DNA of 64,000 nucleotides from positions 2,535,830-2,599,829 of the forward strand of contig CAVSXF010000007.1 of NCBI GenBank assembly GCA_963731905.1. The letters run 5' to 3'. Below the pieces are notes generated by a model. The model searched no databases, was not told where the DNA came from, and saw nothing but the letters and a program-made list of their open reading frames with translations. Origin of the DNA: an uncultured Acidimicrobiaceae bacterium. Its GTDB lineage: Bacteria; Actinomycetota; Acidimicrobiia; Acidimicrobiales; RAAP-2. Shown here piece after piece: positions 50,751 to 60,534 of this stretch. The stretch's first letter is position 1. The number at the start of each line of letters is the position of its first letter. The position numbers were made by a program, and so were the translations under genes.

Positions 50751-51198
50751 CTAGCCCTGGCCGTAGTTGCTGATCATCCAACGGCCTGAACCATCACGTT
50801 GCATTGAGATCGTCCAAAAGGAGTCGGGGTTGCCTTCGGACGAAGACGGGCTCTCCTTGAAAGTGCAATAGACCGTGGCACTTTGGCTTGACTCTTGCAA
50901 GGTCTTGCAATGAAGGCTCGTGAAGGTGGACCAGGTGCTGGTATCGCCCCCTCCCCAATCCATCATCGATCGAGCTGAGGGCATGAAGTCTGCCTGTGCC
51001 GCGGCTTAGATCCTTACTGTTGATTGACTGGAACCAGGATTGAGCCAGTGCCAGCGGAGTCGATCCGCTATCGGAGGCGACTGTGGCCGGAGCACCGCTG
51101 CAGGCAGTAAGAACACTGCCTCCAACAAGGATGAACCCGAGGGTGAGTGCACAGAAGCTCCGCCGAGGACGGCGACCCGGTGGCTGCCGTCGTGCCAT
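50751..51198 (-). pseudogene. Lipoprotein, NTF2-like fold suspected; 1 frame change near 50990
   Basis: Lipobox LTAC in ORF 50794-51198. C-terminal part in ORF 50751-50984 (WSTFTSLHCKTLQ...GRWMISNYGQG). Confidence 0.45.
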
Positions 51199-51378
51199 CC
51201 CTACATCGTAAATCCGGGCGGCTCCGCTGCCTGAGTCAGAGTTGGTGGCCCGTGCTCCAGTCCGACGTTATGGGCTACCTCGCGGCTTTCGAATGCGATG
51301 ATGGCCACGACGAGCAGAAGGGATCCGACGGCCCGTTCCCGCGACTGCTTCGCCATGACTAAGGGAGGCATGACAGCC

Positions 51379-53016
51379 TCACGTCGGGGCCATGCCGACG
51401 ATCGGTTTGTTGAGCGCGATGGTGCCCGCCGAGCCGAAGAAGCCGGCGTCGCCGTAGGAGAAGATGCCCCCGTCGGAGGCCACCAGCCAGTAGCCCCGCC
51501 GTCCGGCGTGGCCGCCATGCCGACGATCGGTTTGTTGAGCGCGATGGTGCCCGCCGAGCCGAAGAAGCCGGCGTCGCCGTAGGAGAAGATGCCCCCGTCG
51601 GAGGCCACCAGCCAGTAGCCCCCGCCGTCCGGCGTGGCCGCCATGCCGACGATCGGTTTGTTGAGCGGATGGTGCCCGCCGAGCCGAAGAAGCCGGCATC
51701 GCCGTAGGAGAAGATGCCCCCGTCGGAGGCCACCAGCCAGTAGCCGCCGCCGTCCGGCGTGGCCGCCATCCCCACGATCGGCTTGTTGAGCGCGATCGTG
51801 CCCGGCCGAGCCGAAGAAGCCGGCATCGCCGTAGGAGAAGATGCCCCCGTCGGAGGCCACCAGCCAGTAGCCGCCGCCGTCCGGCGTGGCCGCCATACCC
51901 ACGATCGGTTTGTTGAGCGTGACGGTGCCCGCCGAGCCGAAGAAGCCGGCATCGCCGTAGGAGAAGATGCCCCCGTCGGAGGCCACCAGCCAGTAGCCGC
52001 CCCCGTCCGGCGTGGCCGCCATACCCACGATCGGTTTGTTGAGCGCGACCGTGCCCGCCGAGCCGAAGAAGCCGGCGTCGCCGTAGGAGAAGATGCCCCC
52101 GTCGGACGCCACCAGCCGATAGCCGGTACTGGCAGGTGCGGGCGGCCACCACGACGAAGCCCAGGTCAGCCCAGCTAGCACCGCCTGACCGGACTGGCTG
52201 GGGTGGAAGTAGTCGAGAGTGGACACGTCGGAAGGCGAAAACTGGTAGTCGAACGTGGCCCCGCCGTCCCACCGGCAATTGGCGTACTGGCCGCACACTT
52301 GGCCGAGGACTGCATTGTCAGCTTCCACCTGGGACAGCACCTGTTGGCGCTGCGCCTCGGTATTCGCGGCTCGAAAGAAGCGACTGGCAGATGTGCGCCC
52401 CCGACCACACCGCCTCCGCCACCGGGTTCGTGTGCAGCACCGACCACAGCTCGTAAACGTCGGGGATCGACGAGACGAAGATGTGCGACTCCGCCGGCAA
52501 GCCCGATTCCAAGGTGGATATCGTGGCCTGGAACGCCGCCTGAAACGCTGAAGTCGACGTCATGGACGCGATGGTCCCCGTGCACACGTCGTTGGCCCCG
52601 ATGAGGATCGTCACGTACTGAGCCCCTTGGGCCACTGCCATCTGTGCCTGACCCTCGGTGTCCGCAACCTTCGCGCCGGGCACGGATTCGTTATAAACAC
52701 GGCCGGCGATGGAGGGGTTCACCGCCAGGATGCGCGCGTAGTGGCTCTCGACGCCGTTGGCGGGGTACCCGTCACCGGTGCTCCACGAGTCCTGAGGATG
52801 CGATCCGAGGGAACAGCAGTCGTCGACGGCTTGGGTGATCGAATCGCCGATCGCAGCCATGGAATCGGGGAGAGCGGGGCGGGCAGACGCCGCGGCTCGA
52901 GCCCCTGCCCCGGCACCGACGAGGCAGACCAGAGTGAGGGCACCTCCGCCCAACAGACGCGGCGCCCACTTCCGCGCCTCTTGCATTCGGTCCACTACGC
53001 GTCGAATCGTTCCCAC
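51379..53016 (-). pseudogene. Secreted SGNH/GDSL hydrolase fused to six 42-aa [24 protein letters not shown] repeats; at least 4 frame changes
   Basis: Signal peptide. GDSL block I (AIGDSIT), block III (GANDV), and DYFHPS (block V-like). The tandem repeats end [10 protein letters not shown]-stop at 51379. Confidence 0.7.
51385..52140 (-). repeat. Six tandem copies of a 126-bp coding repeat
   Basis: Unit boundaries (CATGCC/CATACC on the forward strand) fall at 51391, 51516, 51642, 51767, 51894 and 52020. The unit lengths are 125, 126, 125, 127 and 126 nt. The units are near-identical at the DNA level. Confidence 0.85.
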
Positions 53017-53241
53017 TTGTCAGGCCCCTGTTCTTCCGTTCGCCAGACCCCGACCCCACAGGATCGCGCGGGGACTCTACTTTGCAGGATCGCCGTCTTG
53101 TGGTGCCCTCCCGGCAAAGCGGCACGCCTTTTGCAAACTCTTCCTTAGGCGTAGGCTGAGCGGGGGACAAAGCATTCTCGTCCGCAGGCCGGAATGAGCG
53201 TTCGGACGCTACGAACCGATGGATGCACCCCTAGGAGGACT

Positions 53242-53481
53242 ATGACCTCTTCTGAGTCTTTGCACCTTGCTGCTCAACTCGACGAACACCATGCGCCCGA
53301 AACAAACGGTCGAATACCAGTCTGTAGACGGTGTGGAGCTCGCACAGACAACCCAACAGGACTGCACCACGTCCTACAAGAAGGTCGGGAAAAGCGATCG
53401 AGCGATTGGCTCATCGCTCAATCACGACTCCGGGACATCGCGCACTCGCAACTACTCAGGGGCATTTCGTCCGGACTTTGA
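53242..53481 (+). CDS. Small hypothetical protein (79 aa) with a single CxxC
   Basis: ATG at 53242 has a strong RBS (TAGGAGGACT-ATG). The composition is only moderately protein-like. No family recognised. Confidence 0.3.
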   Translation: MTSSESLHLAAQLDEHHAPETNGRIPVCRRCGARTDNPTGLHHVLQEGREKRSSDWLIAQSRLRDIAHSQLLRGISSGL

Positions 53482-53632
53482 GGCGAGCCACTCCCGGCGA
53501 ACGGTGGCACGGGATGTCTCCGGAAGATCGATCACGCCGCCGACGCACACTGATGGAGAATGACCTTGTTCAACCAAGGGCGCAAAACTCCTACGTGGAC
53601 GAGGATCGACCGATGGCTACGATCCATCCGTA

Positions 53633-54406
53633 ATGTCCGACTTCGACCACGTGGCGGCTGAGTACGACAGCATCGGCCGGGAGTACCAGGAGTCCAAGCG
53701 GCTGCCCTTCCGGCTCCACATCGAGGAGCACTCGTTGTTCGAGCTCCTCCCAGATCTCGCTGGACGCTCAGTCGTGGACCTCGCCTGCGGCGAGGGCATC
53801 TACTCCCGCAAGCTTCTTCGCCGAGGAGCCGCCCGCGTGGTCGGCGTGGACATCTCGTCCGAGATGATTTCCCTTGCTCGCCAAGCCGAGGAGGCTGAGC
53901 CACTCGGCGCGGAGTACGTCGTAGCCGATGTGGCGGCGGTGGATATCGACGAGCACTTCGACGTCGCACTCTGCTCCTTTTTATTCAACTACGCCCGCAG
54001 TCGCGACGAACTGCGTTCGCTGGTGAAGAGCGTGGCTGGACTCCTCCGCCCCGGGGGACGTGTCATCGGCTGCAATGACTACCCGGACAATCCGCCCTCC
54101 CACTTCGACCGTTACCGGCCGTACGGGTTCGTGAAGTTCGGTGTGGAGGAGCCGCTGGAAGGCAGCACAATCACGTACCGGTTTTACAATAAGGACGGCA
54201 CCGTGTTCGAGATTGATAACTACTACCTGCCGACCGAGGCGTACAAAAATGAGTTCAGGGTCGCTGGGTTCACCTCCTTCGACTGGGTGATGCCCACGGT
54301 CTCCCCGGAAGGGCGCTCCTCTTTCGCGCCAGGCTATTGGGACGCCTACCTAGGCTCACCTCCGATGGTCAGCCTTGTTGCCACGCTCAGAGGAAGCCCA
54401 GATTGA
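53633..54406 (+). CDS. Class I SAM-dependent methyltransferase
   Basis: 257 aa, intact. Contains motif I VVDLACGEGIYS, the acidic loop GVDIS, and LLRPGG. Confidence 0.8.
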   Translation: MSDFDHVAAEYDSIGREYQESKRLPFRLHIEEHSLFELLPDLAGRSVVDLACGEGIYSRKLLRRGAARVVGVDISSEMISLARQAEEAEPLGAEYVVADVAAVDIDEHFDVALCSFLFNYARSRDELRSLVKSVAGLLRPGGRVIGCNDYPDNPPSHFDRYRPYGFVKFGVEEPLEGSTITYRFYNKDGTVFEIDNYYLPTEAYKNEFRVAGFTSFDWVMPTVSPEGRSSFAPGYWDAYLGSPPMVSLVATLRGSPD

Positions 54407-54623
54407 AACTGGGATGTATCGGCGCTTGCACGGCATCTACATGACCGTCCCAGCCTAGGTTCTTGCTTCGAAGGTCAGCGTGTTGGCGATTCGATCCAGG
54501 TATGGATGCCACGCTCCCGGCGGTCTGAGGCACCTTTGCCCGTACACGACCTGCCTGCGGACTGCCTCTTGTGGAGGAGTCTCCAAATGGACAGTCTGGA
54601 GCTGGAGCTGCCAAATACGACCC

Positions 54624-56249
54624 CTACCCCGTCCACGAGTCGGCGTAACCATTATCCTCAACTTCCTCGCAGAACGTTGTCGATGGGCAGGAGATCGAGT
54701 TGGCGTACAGCGGTCCGGTGCCGATCGGGCCACCGGCATTGGCGAAGGTCTGAGGCTTAGACCAGGAGGCGCCGTTGTAGGTGACCCAGCCGTCCAGACC
54801 CCCAGCCATGCAGAACGAGGGCATGGGGCACGAAAGCCCATGGAACGATTGGGGGCCGAGGCTTGTCGTGAGGATCAACCCGTTCGACCACGAAGTGCCA
54901 TTGAACGTGTTCAGATAGGCCACATTGGCCGCTGTGGTTCCTCCCACCGCACAGAACGTGGCAGAGGGGCAGGACACCACCGACACCTCGGCATTTGAAT
55001 CGGATTTGCTGCCGGGAGGCAGCGGAACAGTCTGCGGAGCCGACCACCCGCTCCCGTTGTAGGTGACCGATTTGTCGTTGTACACCGCCTCGCAGAAGGA
55101 TGGATTGGCGCACGACACCACACCGATGGTTGTCGGATTCAAGGTGTTCGAGTTGATCACCTTGGGTTTGGACCATGAGCTTCCGTTGTAGGTGTAGTAG
55201 TTCACGTTGCCGTCCACCGCCATGCAGAAAGTGGTGGAGGAACACGAGACCGAGAAAGACACCGACGCCACTGACGGCGTCGAGCCGGTCGAGCCCGTCG
55301 AGCCCGTCGAGCCCGTCGAGCCCGTCGAACCCGTCGAGGCCGTCGAGCCAGACGGGTTCAGATGGTCGGCCGCAGACCACATCGAACCGTTGAAGATGTA
55401 GACGTCGCTGAGGTCGTCCCCGGCGACACAGAAGGACGACGAGGTGCATGAGACCGAGCTCAACTGGTCGTTCATGTTGGATCCGGCAGTCAGGTCGATG
55501 TCTGAGCCTTTGGACCACGTCTTTCCATTCCAGGTGAATGCGTCACCCGTATCGTCTACGGCGGCACAGAACCCAGCAGAGGGGCACGACACGCTCGAGA
55601 AGTTGGAGGTGTGCGTCGCGATACCCGGACCAGAGCCTTCCCTGTTGGACGCCACCAAGGTTGCCAACTTCCATCCGTGGCCCGACACTGCGGCCTGCGC
55701 GGCGGGAGCGCCGCAGTTCCACCGCGCAACGAGCTTGAGCGTCTTGCCGCTTATCTGGCTCATGGAGGCGTCGATCGAACCAGCCTCGCCCTTCACGGTC
55801 ACCGTGCCACCATGGGCATAGAAGGTGTCCTGCACACCCTGCCCGAGCGAAGCGGAGACGTTCTTCCCCTTCAAGCTCACGCTCAGTATGGCGGTCGGGA
55901 GTCGTCCTGTGGAGGACTGGAATGAGTAGGTCCCATTCTTCTTCACGGTCACGTCCAGACTCCAACTGGCCACGCTCTTGATCCCGGAGACGGAGCCCAC
56001 GAGATCGTTGAGGTCGACGAAGCCGTTGTTGTTGATCCCCCCGTAAGGACAGCCCGCATTGGGACCGTCAAGCAACTTGCCTGTGACCGCTCCCGAGAGT
56101 TTGTAAGTGTTGGCGGCGACACTCGTGGCTGGTACCACCAAGGCGCCTGCCGGCTGGGCTGCCACGGCGACGACCAATGTCCCGGCGCACAGGGCGATGC
56201 CGGCCCCTAAATTCACGACACCGCCGCGGCACTTCACCCATGCTTTCAT
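54624..56249 (-). CDS. Secreted protein with seven Cys-pair repeats (SC-x5-FC...NG-x-x-WS), propeller-like
   Basis: 541 aa, intact. Signal peptide, then an N-terminal ~190-aa domain, then 7 repeats of about 45 aa, each carrying S-C-x-S-x-x-F-C and (Y/F)-N-G-x-x-W-S. A (STG)n linker is inserted between repeats 2 and 3. Confidence 0.7.
   Translation of the reverse strand: MKAWVKCRGGVVNLGAGIALCAGTLVVAVAAQPAGALVVPATSVAANTYKLSGAVTGKLLDGPNAGCPYGGINNNGFVDLNDLVGSVSGIKSVASWSLDVTVKKNGTYSFQSSTGRLPTAILSVSLKGKNVSASLGQGVQDTFYAHGGTVTVKGEAGSIDASMSQISGKTLKLVARWNCGAPAAQAAVSGHGWKLATLVASNREGSGPGIATHTSNFSSVSCPSAGFCAAVDDTGDAFTWNGKTWSKGSDIDLTAGSNMNDQLSSVSCTSSSFCVAGDDLSDVYIFNGSMWSAADHLNPSGSTASTGSTGSTGSTGSTGSTGSTPSVASVSFSVSCSSTTFCMAVDGNVNYYTYNGSSWSKPKVINSNTLNPTTIGVVSCANPSFCEAVYNDKSVTYNGSGWSAPQTVPLPPGSKSDSNAEVSVVSCPSATFCAVGGTTAANVAYLNTFNGTSWSNGLILTTSLGPQSFHGLSCPMPSFCMAGGLDGWVTYNGASWSKPQTFANAGGPIGTGPLYANSISCPSTTFCEEVEDNGYADSWTG
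55279..55350 (-). repeat. Eight tandem 9-bp units GTCGAGCCN encoding (Ser-Thr-Gly)n
   Basis: Read directly: gtcgagccg gtcgagccc (x4) gtcgaaccc gtcgaggcc gtcgagcca. It lies inside the CDS at 54624-56249. Confidence 0.85.
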
Positions 56250-56489
56250 CTCGCCTCCATGGGCGCTTCGGGCGAAGATCGACTCAGTCGAGCGATCGCG
56301 CCACCACTGAAGAAGGACCCACCGGCCTCAAAGTATCACCGTCCGTTATCGGCTCCCATTGATGTACGGGCCACCCCACGTGACAAGCGGATTACGTGAA
56401 AATCAAAAGACTTCGGGGGGAGCCATGAGGCCACACCCCGGAACCGGCGGACTGGGCACCCTCACCAACCGCTCAAAGCTCTAAAGCGC

Positions 56490-57587
56490 TTACCACTGGG
56501 CGCCGGTGGGCGCATTTCCACCGACTGCCACAAGGTGCCCCCTTTCGAGCTGCCTATTTTGGGCACCGGACGGAAAGTTCGTGACAACTCCGAGCAAAAC
56601 ATGTTGGCCGGACGTATCGACTGACAAGCCCTGAAATGTGGTTCCTGGAGGCGCTGACGCAACGATTGCGATCGGCTTGCCCGTGAAGACATTGAACACG
56701 ACAACCTGGCATGTACCCGGTGTTCGAGTAGCGCCGTAGCACGTTCGAATCACTGCAAGCTGGTTCGGCTGCGACAAGAACGTAGGGCTCCTGAGAGTGC
56801 AGCCACTGGTTACGTCCAAGAGCGCAACATTTCTTGGAGGCGACTGATTTGTATCGAACGTCGCCACGGTTGTCCCGGTTTCAACGGCCAGTCGGGTTCC
56901 GTTGGAGTTCCAAGAGATCGCATCGTCACTGTTCTGGCCGCTGAACGCTCCGAGGTCAGTCCTCACGCCAGTAGCGAGGTTGGAGATGTAGAGCGTCGAA
57001 CTGGTCGTAGACCCGGTCGGTCCACACGTCGCACCCACCCACGCCAGATCCATCGATGTGGGACTGGGAGACGGCGAAAGTGCAAGGGTCTGCGGATCTG
57101 AGATTACGGCGGCCGGAGCACTCGCACCCGACACGGGGGCCTTCAGAATGTTTCCGCTGCACGGTCCCGTCGGTTGCGTGAAGAAGACGGACTGACGATT
57201 GCGTGACATCTCGGCTTGTTGATCCGGCCCACCTGGACCTTGTGGACTGATGGTCCGAATAAGGGCTCCGTTGGTGATCGAGTATGCGCCGATGCCCCCC
57301 TTGCCGTCGCCGGCTACAAAGAGGGCCGGAGCCGCTTTTGGTACTCCTTGCGGCGGAGTCCATCTCGGAAGGCCGCCACGTGACGTAGCCCTATGCCCTG
57401 GAGCGCCTGTATTGAAGGAAACGAGCAAGGCGACCGCGACCGACACGACCAGAAAAACAATCAACCCGATAAACCAACGCCTCCGCCTCAGTCTGCGAGC
57501 CTCTTCGAACAACGCCTGCGCTGCAGCCGCGCTCCTGTCCGTTAGCGGCTGGCCAACGTCGGTGTGCTGTTTGTCCAAGACCTTCAT
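56490..57587 (-). CDS. Membrane-anchored extracytoplasmic protein (beta-propeller/TolB-like suspected)
   Basis: ATG at 57587 lies 28 nt after the GntR stop. One N-terminal TM (WFIGLIVFLVVSVAVALLV), then a Ser/Thr/Gly-rich beta-type sequence. No family recognised. Confidence 0.55.
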   Translation of the reverse strand: MKVLDKQHTDVGQPLTDRSAAAAQALFEEARRLRRRRWFIGLIVFLVVSVAVALLVSFNTGAPGHRATSRGGLPRWTPPQGVPKAAPALFVAGDGKGGIGAYSITNGALIRTISPQGPGGPDQQAEMSRNRQSVFFTQPTGPCSGNILKAPVSGASAPAAVISDPQTLALSPSPSPTSMDLAWVGATCGPTGSTTSSTLYISNLATGVRTDLGAFSGQNSDDAISWNSNGTRLAVETGTTVATFDTNQSPPRNVALLDVTSGCTLRSPTFLSQPNQLAVIRTCYGATRTPGTCQVVVFNVFTGKPIAIVASAPPGTTFQGLSVDTSGQHVLLGVVTNFPSGAQNRQLERGHLVAVGGNAPTGAQW

Positions 57588-57615
57588 GCCATTGGGCCTG
57601 AAAGCGGCGATGGGC

Positions 57616-57963
57616 TCATGGAAGGCCCTCGATGATCTGGACGACCTCGTCCCGACGGTATCCCTGGACGCGGCAGAACTCGACCAGTTCACGGATTCGC
57701 TTCACGACGAGGCCTTGTTGTGGCGAACCGGCCACGGTGATGCCGCGCCCGCGCTGGAAGTCGAGCAATCCCTCGTCCCGAAGGATGCGCAAAGCCCGGA
57801 GGACCGTGTTCTTGTTGACGCCGAGCACCGAGGCGATGTCTTTGGCAAGGGGAAGGCGCTCGCCGGGCTCGGCTTCACCTTCGGCGATCGCCCGCCGGAT
57901 CTCTGCTGCTACTTGGTCGTGGAGCGGAGTGCCCTCGGACCGGTCAATATCGACCGAGATCAT
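57616..57963 (-). CDS. GntR-family transcriptional regulator (short YtrA-like type)
   Basis: 115 aa. wHTH region GERLPLAKDIASVLGVNKNTVLRALRILRDEGLL. Confidence 0.8.
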   Translation of the reverse strand: MISVDIDRSEGTPLHDQVAAEIRRAIAEGEAEPGERLPLAKDIASVLGVNKNTVLRALRILRDEGLLDFQRGRGITVAGSPQQGLVVKRIRELVEFCRVQGYRRDEVVQIIEGLP

Positions 57964-58189
57964 GGTGCTAGGGATAGTAGCTCTATTTACCCGGGTTGTC
58001 CAGGGGCGTCACCTCGTTCGCAAAGGCGGACATCGATCAGTCTGCGAACCATGATCCGTCTGCCTCAAGGCGCCGTACACGGGCAATTCGGGATCCCATC
58101 CCGGCCCTATGCGCTGCTTGCTGTTTACGCGATCGCCGGGTCCTAATCCACAACAGCAACTGGTTCGAGCCGTCCGCGATCGGCCGAAC

Positions 58190-59650
58190 TCAGCGGCGGG
58201 CGAACACCAAAGCCACCGACGACCGATCGACCACGTGCCAGCGTGGGTCGTGGTCGAGGAAGATCGACAACCCGGTGTTCGGCGCCCACACGACGTAGGA
58301 CACGTGGTACGCCGACAGTAGGGGGTCCGGGTTGGTGGTCTGGGTGGTCACTGCGAAGAACTCGGTGAGCACCTTGCCCTCGAACAGGTCGGTGCGGCCG
58401 TCCACGAACGTCGCCCGGTGCCGCGCGATCGAATAGTCGCCCCAGGTGTACTCGGTGAAGACCCGGCCCGGATGGGCCTCGAGGTAGTTGAAGGCCTGCA
58501 CCGGCAGCGTCGGCGAGACGCTGCCCGCCGGCACGGACGGCTGCGCGAGGAGGGCGATGGCGAGCACGGCGTAGAACGCCACGGCCACGCGCCGCGCCGT
58601 CGTGCCCCAGGCGGGCCGTGCGGGCAGCGTCGCGGCCAGGCCGGCGGCGACGACCATCAGGTAGATCGCAAGGCGCTGGGTGCGCAGCGCCTCGACGAAG
58701 AGCGCCGCGGCCAGCGTGCCCTCGAGCACCGGTATCCGCCTGCGTCCGCACGACGGCGACGATCACGGCGAGCGGGACGCAGTAGGCGAGCACCACCATG
58801 AACGGAATGGAAGTCCGGCGAGTTCCATTCGTTGATGTACTGGCCGATCTGGCCGTTCATCGACACACCGATGTCGTAGGTCAGCAGGCCGGGGCCGTAG
58901 GGCGTGAGGCACGACGCGGCCACGGAGCCGATGAAGGCCAGCGCGAGCGGGCCCGTGTGCGACGACTGGCGCACGCCACCGATCCGGCCGACGATGCGCT
59001 CGGGCACGAGCGACCAGCCGAGCTCGACGCCGAGCACGACAAGCCCGATGAGGATCGAGCCGTGCGTGTTGACCCAGACGACACACAACAGCGGCAGGCA
59101 CCACAGCCAGCGCGGGTCTGCGCCGCGCCTTGGTCAGCAGCAGGAGTTCGAGCGGCAGCCAGACGAGCGAGAAATCGAGGCCGCGGTCCCCCGCCAAGCA
59201 CGCCGGAGATCCCCATCGCCAGCAGGAGGACGATCGCCGCCACCCGGCCACCCCGGGCGCCGAGGGCTCGCGGCGTAGGCGGCCGTGACAAAGAGGCGAG
59301 AGCCCTCCGAGCACGATGGCGTACAACGGGTAGGCGGCGTTGCCGACCGCCTTGGACAAGCCGGCGAGCGCGACCGACGAGCCCCACTCGTCGGTGATCC
59401 AGCGGCGATGGGCCTCGGTGTAGCTGAACGGGTCGAGGCCCATGACCGAGTGGTGGGCGAGCATCCACTGGCCCGAGGCCATCTGCCAGAAGACGTCGTT
59501 GGAGAGTTGGTAGCCGAGTGCGACCGACCGCGATGATCCCGATGCCGAACGCGATCCCGACCAGCTCGATCGCCCGCGTGCGGCACGCGCCGGGTGACGG
59601 CCGTTGCGTCGTGGCGAGCGGAGGACGCCGTGAGTCCGGTGACTCGCAGT
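58190..59650 (-). pseudogene. Polytopic membrane protein, possibly a GT-C-type glycosyltransferase; at least 5 frame changes
   Basis: Hydrophobic fragments lie in at least four ORF-track entries (WQMASGQWMLAHHSVMGLDPFSYTEAHRRWITDEWG; VWVNTHGSILIGLVVLGVELGW; and a C-terminal soluble part, FTEYTWGDYSIARH...VVWAPNTG). The function guess is weak and the 5' end is approximate. Confidence 0.4.
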
Positions 59651-59888
59651 TGGAGGCGGCGTCCGCCGTCGGCACTCGAAGTGTCTCGACGGCTCGGACG
59701 CTCGCCTGCACTGCTCCCCCCTCTAGCCGGATCCCCCTGCCGGCGCCCCTCTGGAGCAAGGTACAACGCGCGCCGACAAAGCGGCGTCGCAGGACGGTTG
59801 CGATCGCGTGGCTTGTATCCAGGGCGTTCACGTAGCCGTAGCTCGTCGGGCACGGAGCGGCGGCGACTGCGGCGCAGCGGCTCCGTGC

Positions 59889-60459
59889 TCAGCAGCTGGG
59901 CTGCAACACCACCGCCTTGAACATGGCGCCCCACTCGTAGGCGAACTGCATCAGCCATTCGCCGATGCCCTGCGGGGAGAACGCCACCTCGAGCACCTGC
60001 CCGGAGTAGCAGCGGCCGATGCGCAGGCGGGCCCGGCTGGCCTGGGTCGTCGGGACCACGACGATGATGCGGGTCCAGTGGAGCTGCTTCGCGAAGGCCT
60101 CGATCGCGCGCGCCTCACCCTGCGTCGTCTGCGGGTTGGCCTTGAAGCAGTTCACGTGCACCTTGGGCAGATGGACGGCGAGGTACGACTGGTAGGGCCC
60201 GCAGCGCTGCCAGTTCTGCAGTGACAGCACGAGTCGCGGGGCATAGCCCTGCTTCGCCAGCGCGACGCCCTTGTCGAAGGCGGGCGCGCCATGGCCGCCG
60301 AGCACGACGATGGCGTCGGACCGTTCGCGGCGGGTTGAGGTCGGGATAGACGAACAGGACCGCCGTCATGACGCAGAACACGACGACGAGCACGACCACG
60401 ACCGCCGCCACGATGCGCACCCGCGTCGACTTGAGGAATCGCATAGTGGGAAGGGACAT
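59889..60459 (-). pseudogene. YdcF/DUF218-family protein with N-terminal TM; 1 frame change near 60320
   Basis: TM helix in ORF 60115-60459. DUF218 core in ORF 59889-60305 (VLGGHGAPAFDKGVALAKQGYAPRLVLS; TTQGEARAI). Confidence 0.6.
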
Positions 60460-60534
60460 TGTGGCAGCCCCTGACCGCGCCCGGGGTCAGCCGTGCCGCC
60501 GAGCGGCGAGCAGTCGCGAGTGGTCGGACGCTCG

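Noticed and set aside
51385-52140. The regular 126-bp periodicity might have been a CRISPR-like array.
   Set aside because: The units are contiguous with no spacers, and they encode a conserved 42-aa protein repeat in frame with an SGNH hydrolase.
43651-57963. The lower-G+C stretch might be a prophage, ICE or genomic island.
   Set aside because: I could recognise no integrase, transposase, phage structural or conjugation genes, no tRNA at either border, and no flanking direct repeats. I report it only as a possible variable region.
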